DNA of 124,000 nucleotides from Hyalangium minutum (GTDB lineage Bacteria; Myxococcota; Myxococcia; Myxococcales; Myxococcaceae): NCBI RefSeq assembly GCF_000737315.1, contig NZ_JMCB01000008.1, positions 144,001 to 268,000 of the forward strand, read 5' to 3'. Shown piece by piece: positions 117,638 to 124,000 of this stretch (position 1 is its first letter; each line of letters starts with the position of its first letter). The notes under the pieces were generated by a model. It saw only the letters and a program-made list of their open reading frames with translations, ran no database searches and was not told where the DNA came from. The position numbers and the translations under genes were made by a program.

Positions 117638-119032
117638 CTACGCCTCGGCTTGGAGGGCGCGGGACTTGCCCTCTTCCCGGCGGCGGGCCGCAGGCTTCGG
117701 GAAGTGCAGGATGACGGGGACGCTCTGCACGGGCTTGGACGCCTCGGCGGCCGCGCTCTCGTCCACGGTCTCCTGGGCCTGAACCGGAGCCGGCTCCGGA
117801 TCCACCGCCGGAGTTGCCTCGGCCACCGGAGCCGCCTCGACCGTCGGAGCCGCCTCGGCCGCCGGAGCCGCCTCCGCCTCGCGCTCCGCCGCCTCTTGAA
117901 CCCGGGCCTCGAGCGCCTCCGCCGCACGCTCCTCGGACTCGTGCGCAGCCACCTCACGCGCGACCCGGGCAGCCTCGGCCTCCGCCGGCTCAAAGAAGCG
118001 CGGCGCATCCAGCGAGCGCTCCCGCTCCTCGACGCGGCTGGCGGGCACCAGCACCCCCAGCACGAACAGGTGCATCGCCGCCTCGAACGCCACCACCTCG
118101 GGCAGCCGGCACTCCAGCAGCACCGCGCGCACCGTGCGCCGCCCATCGAAGAGGCGCACCAGGGCAATCACCTCGTCCGGCAGCTCGGAGAGGTGCTCGG
118201 CCATCCGCGCGAAGTCCACCGTGAGGCGCGCCGCCAGCGGCACCCCCACCTCGCGCAGCCGCTCGAAGCGCTCCAGGGCGGGCAGCACCTCGGCGCGAAG
118301 GAACGCCCGGTCCATCAGCAGCGAGCCCCGGTGCAGCTCGGGGCCAAAATTCACGCCGAACACCCCGCTGCCGAAGGCCAGCAGGCGCCGGAAGCCCAGC
118401 ACGCCCCGCTCGCCCTGGAAGGCCGCGTCCACCACGCGCCCGCCGCGGAAGGCGAAGAACCCGTCCCCGCCGTCCTTGAGCACCACGCGGCCCGAGCGCG
118501 CACCGGCCAGCAGCGCACGCGCAATCTCCGTCAGGGGCAGCCGCGCCGAGTGCGCCTCGTACTCACTCTCCCCCGTGCGCCGGCCCGCCTTGAGCCGCGC
118601 CAGGGCCACCACGTCCTGCACCATCACCGGCTTGGCCAGGTAATCGTCCGCGCCCATGTTCGCGGCCAGCTCCGGGTGGAACGACTCGCGGCGGCTGGCC
118701 AGCAGGAACACCGGCACCTGCGCCGTGCGCAGCTCCGTGCGCACCAGTCCGCAGAGCGTGAAGCCGTCCATGCCCGGCAGCTCCGTCTCGGAGACGATCA
118801 ACCCCGGCAGCACTCCACCCGGCGCCAGCTCCTCGCGGGCGTCCTCCGCCGAGCCCACCAGCGCCACCTCGAAGCCCGCCTCGGACAGGGCCGTCCCCAG
118901 CTCGGAGCGGTACTGCGCCTCCGGCTCCACCAGGAGCACGCGCAAACGCCTCGCTTTCCGGCTGCGAGGACTGAGTCCGCAGGCGGAAGAGGCTGGCTCA
119001 AGAATGGTCGCGCGAGGGGAACGGGCGGCCAT
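117638..119032 (-). CDS. Atypical receiver plus DUF4388 protein
   Basis: VLLVEPE; LIVSETELPGMDG; GADDYLAKP; DUF4388-like middle; start uncertain. Confidence 0.8.
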   Translation of the reverse strand: MAARSPRATILEPASSACGLSPRSRKARRLRVLLVEPEAQYRSELGTALSEAGFEVALVGSAEDAREELAPGGVLPGLIVSETELPGMDGFTLCGLVRTELRTAQVPVFLLASRRESFHPELAANMGADDYLAKPVMVQDVVALARLKAGRRTGESEYEAHSARLPLTEIARALLAGARSGRVVLKDGGDGFFAFRGGRVVDAAFQGERGVLGFRRLLAFGSGVFGVNFGPELHRGSLLMDRAFLRAEVLPALERFERLREVGVPLAARLTVDFARMAEHLSELPDEVIALVRLFDGRRTVRAVLLECRLPEVVAFEAAMHLFVLGVLVPASRVEERERSLDAPRFFEPAEAEAARVAREVAAHESEERAAEALEARVQEAAEREAEAAPAAEAAPTVEAAPVAEATPAVDPEPAPVQAQETVDESAAAEASKPVQSVPVILHFPKPAARRREEGKSRALQAEA

Positions 119033-119243
119033 GGGGGGCTCCAGGAGGCGGGTGAGGAAACGTTCGATTATCGGCTCAAACGGTAATAATCCGGGATAGT
119101 GGAACTGCTTTTCATCATGACGCGATCTCAATCTGTAAGAAAGTCCCTGGAGGACTTTTTTATTTTGGAACTCCAGGCTGTCCGGAATTGAGCGTCAGCG
119201 GAGGAAAGGTCGACGACTCCCGGCAGGCGCGTAAGGTGGGCGC

Positions 119244-119903
119244 ATGAAGCGCCCAGTCTTACTGCTGGCCCTCGTGTTCGCTCTCCCGGTCCCCGTGGCT
119301 GCGCAAGGGGCGGCTCCAGCCCGCGAGGAGTGGTCCTTTGGGACGGTGGTGGCCCCGGCCATGCTGCCGGAGGGGGCCTCCTCCGTGTACGGCTACATCG
119401 GTGTGCCCGAGATGGGAGGGGGCTACCGGCAGGGACTCTCCCTGTTCGAGATCGAGGCCCGGGGGCGGCTGGACTACTTCCGGCTGGCGGGCATCCTGGA
119501 AGTCGGGGCGCGCAAGACGGTGGTGAGCGACGGGCCCACGACCATCGCTCCCACGCTGAGCCTGGGGCTGGTGTTCAACTCGGGCAGCGCGTACCTGGAC
119601 GCGGACAACTTCGGCGGAACCCTGGTGCGCATCACCCCGGGGCTCATCATCGGCTGGCGGGTGGCGGACACGGTGATGCTGCTGGGGCTCTTGGACTTGC
119701 CGGTGGACCTGGGACTGGACCCCACGGGGGCGCGGCGGTTCCAGGCGCTCACGGGCGGAGGGGCGGAGTTCTACCTGGGCTCGGGGATTTCGCTGCTCAC
119801 GGCGGGGCAGATCGGCGTGGAGAGCTTCAAGGCGCCGCTGAAGGACAATGAGGTGCGGCTGGGCTACCAGGTGCGGCTGGGCATCGGCACGCGGCTGTTC
119901 TGA
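119244..119903 (+). CDS. Probable outer-membrane beta-barrel protein
   Basis: Signal peptide; alternating strands; C-terminal TRLF. Confidence 0.7.
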   Translation: MKRPVLLLALVFALPVPVAAQGAAPAREEWSFGTVVAPAMLPEGASSVYGYIGVPEMGGGYRQGLSLFEIEARGRLDYFRLAGILEVGARKTVVSDGPTTIAPTLSLGLVFNSGSAYLDADNFGGTLVRITPGLIIGWRVADTVMLLGLLDLPVDLGLDPTGARRFQALTGGGAEFYLGSGISLLTAGQIGVESFKAPLKDNEVRLGYQVRLGIGTRLF

Positions 119904-119921
119904 GACACGTCCCAGCCGCGC

Positions 119922-121298
119922 TCACGTGAGCCCATAGCGCTCGAGCTTCTTGAGCAGCCCCTGCCGGGAGAGCCCGAGCGCCTCGGCGGTATGGGTGCGG
120001 TTGCCATGGAAGCGGCGCAGGGCCTCCTCGATCTCCCGGCGCTCCAGGGCCTCCACCTTCTGCTGGAGCGTGGTGGCCCCTGGGGCGGGCGTGCGCGGAC
120101 GATCGCTGCCGGTGAAGGACAAGTCTTCGGGCTGAATCTCGCGCCGCTCGCCCGCGAGCACGGAGGTGCGCTGCATCTCATGGCGCAGCTCGCGCAGGTT
120201 GCCGGGCCAGGGGTGCGACAGGAGCGCCTCGGTGGCGGCGTCCGAGAGCTGCCGGGCGCGGCCATCCGGGCACAGGTGAGCACACTGGTTGAGGAAGTGC
120301 CGCGCGAGCAGCGGCAGATCCGCGGTGCGCTGGCGCAGGGGCGGCAGGTGCACCTCCACGCCTTTGATGCGCCAGTAGAGGTCCTCGCGGAAGGTGCCGG
120401 CCTGCTGCATCGCTCCGAGGTCCTTGTTGGTGGCGGACAGGCAGCGCACGTCCACGCGCGAGGGCCGATCCGCGCCGACGGGGAGGATGTCCCCCGTCTC
120501 CAGAGCGCGCAGCACCTTCACCTGGAGCGAAGGCGTCATGTCGCCGATCTCATCGAGGAAGAGCGTGCCGCCGTCGGCCTCGGCGAACAGACCACGGTGG
120601 TCCCGCGTGGCGCCGGTGAAGGCGCCCTTCACGTGGCCAAAGAGGGCGCTCTCCAGCAGGTTCTCGGGGAGCGCACCGCAGTTGACGGGGATGAAGGGCC
120701 CGGCGTGGCGGCGGCTCTTGAGGTGAATGGAGCGGGCGAGCAGCTCTTTACCGGTGCCGTTCTCGCCGGTGATGAGGACGGGGAGATCGCTGGCGGCGAT
120801 GCGCTCGGCGAGCGAGACGGCGGAGAGGAACGGCGCGCTCTGCCCCACCATGGCGGTGTCCCCACCGGCGCGGGCGAGCGAGGACTGCAGGGCCTCCACC
120901 TGCCGCTCCAGGGCGACGCGGGCCAGGGCACGCTGCACCACCACGAGGAGCACGTCCGGATCCACGGGCTTGGTGAGGAAGTCGTAGGCGCCCAGGCGGA
121001 TGGCCTCGAGCGAGTGGCGCGTGTCCCCCGCGCCGGAGACGACGATGACCTTGGTACCGGGCCGTGCGGCCAGCAGCGCGCCGAGCTGCTCCAGCCCAGC
121101 GGACACGCTGCCATCCGGCGGGAGCATCAGATCCAGCAGGACGAGGGGAAACGCGCGGGCCTCCACTGCGGCGCGGGCGGAGGGGCGATCCGCGGCCTCG
121201 ACGAGCTCATGGCCCGCGTCACGCAGCAGCCCGCCATAGACCTTGCGAAAGGCCGCGTCGTCATCGACGAGGAGCAGCGGAGGGAGAGAGGGGCTCAT
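119922..121298 (-). CDS. Sigma54-dependent response regulator (NtrC family)
   Basis: VDDD; LLDLMLP; GENGTGKE; GAFTGA; WPGNLREL; Fis HTH. Confidence 0.95.
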   Translation of the reverse strand: MSPSLPPLLLVDDDAAFRKVYGGLLRDAGHELVEAADRPSARAAVEARAFPLVLLDLMLPPDGSVSAGLEQLGALLAARPGTKVIVVSGAGDTRHSLEAIRLGAYDFLTKPVDPDVLLVVVQRALARVALERQVEALQSSLARAGGDTAMVGQSAPFLSAVSLAERIAASDLPVLITGENGTGKELLARSIHLKSRRHAGPFIPVNCGALPENLLESALFGHVKGAFTGATRDHRGLFAEADGGTLFLDEIGDMTPSLQVKVLRALETGDILPVGADRPSRVDVRCLSATNKDLGAMQQAGTFREDLYWRIKGVEVHLPPLRQRTADLPLLARHFLNQCAHLCPDGRARQLSDAATEALLSHPWPGNLRELRHEMQRTSVLAGERREIQPEDLSFTGSDRPRTPAPGATTLQQKVEALERREIEEALRRFHGNRTHTAEALGLSRQGLLKKLERYGLT

Positions 121299-121314
121299 GG
121301 CAGCAGATCCTGGT

Positions 121315-121548
121315 TTACTCCGGCAGCGGTGCCTGACGCGGCGTGCCCATCAGCTCCAGCGTGCGGGCGGCCACACGGATGAGGGTCTGGGCGCAGGGCT
121401 CACAGCCGCCCCCACAGCACACGGGCCAGCGGCCCTCGGGGTTCCTCAGGAGCGGCCGGACCGAGGACCGGTAATACGAGGGCAGCTTCAGCTCCTCACT
121501 GGCGCGGGTGAGCGCGGCTTCGAGCGGAGAATCGGAGGCGTCGGACAC
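121315..121548 (-). CDS. Small Cys-motif protein (oxidoreductase-like domain)
   Basis: CCGGGCEPC. Confidence 0.65.
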   Translation of the reverse strand: MSDASDSPLEAALTRASEELKLPSYYRSSVRPLLRNPEGRWPVCCGGGCEPCAQTLIRVAARTLELMGTPRQAPLPE

Positions 121549-121555
121549 GCCCTGT

Positions 121556-123457
121556 CTATAACCCGCTCGAGCCCCCCGCGCCCACGGCCGTCACCGCCAC
121601 ACAGGCCTGGCGCTCGGTGACGCCGCGCAGCTCGGCCTCGAAGCGCGTGGCATCCAGGCGCTCCTCGCGGATGCGCTCGGCGATCTCCGGGTGCTGAAAG
121701 AGGCTCTCCAGGAGGACCACCTGCCCTCCCCTCGCCTTGCCCTGCAGGCGCGCCGCCAGGTTCACCGTGCTCCCGAAGAGATCCAACCGCTGGTTGGCGC
121801 GCACGGCGAGGCACGGGCCCTCGTGGAGCCCCACCTTCAAGCGCAGCCCATGGTGGCTGTGGAGCTGCTCCGTCTCGCGCACCATCTGCAGGGCCGCCGC
121901 GAAGGCCTGCCCGGCGCGAGGAAAGGCGGCCATCACCGCGTCCCCCATCGTCTTGAGCACCGCGCCCTCGTGGCTCGCGACGGCCCGCGCCACCGTCTGG
122001 AAGTGCTGCTCGATGAGGGCGAAAGCCCGCGCATCGCCGATCTGCTCATAGAGCGAGGTGCTGCCCGTGAGGTCCGTGAACAGCACCACCATGGAGCCGA
122101 TGGACAGCTCCATCCCCACAGCCGGGGCCTCAGCGGAGAACAGGCTGTGGAAGTCCGGCACCGCGAGCACGTCCTTACCGAGCGCCGCCTCGGGCAGCCA
122201 GTCCACGCGCTCGATGGCGAACTCCTCCTCGCGAGGCGTGTCATTGACGAGCAGGAGTGAGACCCCCGACCCCTCCGCCGTGCCCTCCGCAGGAGCCACC
122301 GCGAGCGTCTGGGGGCCCAGCGTCACCTGGAGCCGGGCGCCGGGCTTCACGGGGAGCGCGGTGCGGTAGCGCAGCATGGCCGTGCGCAGGGCATAAGCAC
122401 TGTCCGGCAGCTCCAGGGACACCTCCCGTCGGCTGTGCGGAGCGACGATGAAGTTCGCCCGCACGTGGGGCCGGAACCAGGGCGAGCCCGCGCTGTACGT
122501 GCCCGGAGCCAGCATGCGAATGGCCGGGCTCACCCGGAAGATCGCCTCCACGTTCGACGCGAAGTCCAGGCCGAAGGAGCGGTCGCAGTCGACGCAGTAG
122601 CCCTCGCGCTTCAAGCCGTCGAGGTTGGGCACCTCCTGCACGCCCTCGCGGCACATGGGGCAATCCAGCTGCCACTGGAGCTCATAGAGCCCCGCCCTCG
122701 CCGCGTGCAGGAAGGCCTGAAGCACCTCCCGCCGCTCGAAGTCCCAGGTGCTCGCGAGCTCGAACGGGCGGATCTGCCGCAGCTCATCGTCGAAGGCCTC
122801 CTGGATGAAGCGGACCATGCGCTCCCGGAGCTCGGGCTTGACCGGAGCGCTGGCGAAGCGCTGCGCCCGGAGCTGGAGCTCCTTGTCCAGCACGAGCCCT
122901 CGGAGACCAAACGCCGATCCATCCGGCTCCAGCTGGCCGAGCAGGTGCCGCAGCTGGATGACGGCGGGCTCCGGGCCCGGCTCCAGGGAGACCTTCATCC
123001 GCGCACGCATGAAGAGCCGAGCCAGGGCATCGATGTAGAGCTTCAGCCCCTGCTCGAAGGCCTGGATGAGCCGGCCCTCGACGCGCGAGTCCAGCGGCTT
123101 GTCCGCCTCGGCGTACACGGTGACGGAGACGCGGGAGCCCCCGGGCACGGACTGCAGCTCCGCGCGGATGCCGCTCTCGCGAATGGGGCCGGCCAGGTAC
123201 CGGCGCAGGGCGTGGATGAACTGGCCCTCCACCCACTCGCCTCGCTCCAGCCACTCGGCCTCGCCCCAAGACTGGTAGGCGTGACCGATGCGGGCGCGGA
123301 CTTGCTCGCTCTCGGCGCCGAGCATGCGGTAGCGATAATCGGTGGGATTCATGCCCACGATCCGGTCCCACCGGTTCGTATCCGCGACGAGCCCCCACAC
123401 GAGCTCGGGGGGCGCGGGCAACTGACGCTCCTGGGTTCGGGAGTACTGAATCGCCAT
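121556..123457 (-). CDS. Class III adenylate/guanylate cyclase with SRPBCC-like and DUF5939-like domains
   Basis: LFTDLTGST; LKTMGDAV; DLFGSTVNLAARL; CPMC...CVDC. Confidence 0.88.
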   Translation of the reverse strand: MAIQYSRTQERQLPAPPELVWGLVADTNRWDRIVGMNPTDYRYRMLGAESEQVRARIGHAYQSWGEAEWLERGEWVEGQFIHALRRYLAGPIRESGIRAELQSVPGGSRVSVTVYAEADKPLDSRVEGRLIQAFEQGLKLYIDALARLFMRARMKVSLEPGPEPAVIQLRHLLGQLEPDGSAFGLRGLVLDKELQLRAQRFASAPVKPELRERMVRFIQEAFDDELRQIRPFELASTWDFERREVLQAFLHAARAGLYELQWQLDCPMCREGVQEVPNLDGLKREGYCVDCDRSFGLDFASNVEAIFRVSPAIRMLAPGTYSAGSPWFRPHVRANFIVAPHSRREVSLELPDSAYALRTAMLRYRTALPVKPGARLQVTLGPQTLAVAPAEGTAEGSGVSLLLVNDTPREEEFAIERVDWLPEAALGKDVLAVPDFHSLFSAEAPAVGMELSIGSMVVLFTDLTGSTSLYEQIGDARAFALIEQHFQTVARAVASHEGAVLKTMGDAVMAAFPRAGQAFAAALQMVRETEQLHSHHGLRLKVGLHEGPCLAVRANQRLDLFGSTVNLAARLQGKARGGQVVLLESLFQHPEIAERIREERLDATRFEAELRGVTERQACVAVTAVGAGGSSGL

Positions 123458-123748
123458 GAGCCCAGCGTACCCCCTGGGCTCTCGCCTGTGTGAGAGAGCT
123501 TGCTTGACTCGCGTACAGAGGCTCTCTACCGTCTCCAAGACGATGCTTCTCTTCTGTGCCCGCTCCATGACGTTCGCCTGCGGCTGTTGTTGCCGCGGCG
123601 TACGCTGTTAGCGCTGGCGTGAAGAGACCGCTCCCGCTGTTCCCCTGAGCCTCTGCCGCCGACGCCGCTGGCCCCACGCCAGCGCCCGCGCGTCCGCCGT
123701 GCTCCCCGCCCAGTTCCCCGCCGTCCCCCCGCATGTCCTGGAGTGCCC

Positions 123749-124000
123749 ATGCCCATCACCCGCCTCGAACCCCATGATGACTACCTGCGCGTCCACTTCA
123801 CTCCGGGAGAAGGACCTCGCCACGCCGACTTCCACTGGTTCTGGCTGCGGCACAACTCCGAGCTGGACCGGCACCCACTCACGAACGAGCGCATCGTCTG
123901 CTCGTCGGAGCTGCCGCTCGATCCCCAGCCCAAGGCCGTGCGCATCGGCGAGGGCGCGGATTCCTTGGACATCGACTGGGGCGACCGGGCCGACGGCAAG
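123749..124000 (+). CDS. Gamma-butyrobetaine hydroxylase-like (TauD family) N-terminus, runs off the window
   Basis: MPITRLEPH...DFHWFWLRHN...RHPLTNER. Confidence 0.6.
   Translation, partial: MPITRLEPHDDYLRVHFTPGEGPRHADFHWFWLRHNSELDRHPLTNERIVCSSELPLDPQPKAVRIGEGADSLDIDWGDRADGK

Overview
GC-rich chromosomal window from a myxobacterium (Cystobacterineae/Archangiaceae-like; gene order resembles the M. xanthus glt G1 to groESL to smc to prfA/murA to ileS/ruv region). The core consists of the gliding cluster (gltI partial, gltH/G/F/E/D), a DnaC-like loader, cheB, lysC, a GldAFG-like ABC system, rpoZ, groESL with CIRCE, smc, prfA-prmC-murA, tRNA-Gly(CCC), serC, pepA, pyrF, lpxC, ruvCAB, yebC and ileS. 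Accessory patches are interspersed: three lipoprotein toxin-immunity loci (one toxin killed by a nonsense codon), a family of intact/deleted/truncated Ser/Thr kinases, and an accreted island at 68-77 kb with a 62-bp direct repeat and gene remnants. The most notable observations are (1) two paralogous ECF-sigma / membrane anti-sigma / exported caspase-beta-barrel / lipoprotein operons, in which each caspase carries a short Lys-containing motif after its catalytic Cys that recurs in its own anti-sigma linker (RTKG/RTKG; GIKS/GVKG), suggesting a trans-envelope proteolytic signalling system; (2) a CNF1/BLF1-like deamidase candidate; and (3) an MNIO (DUF692/DUF2063) RiPP cluster with a lipoprotein precursor. 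All family assignments come from motif recognition only; no database search was run. No CRISPR array, rRNA, integrase or intact transposase was seen.
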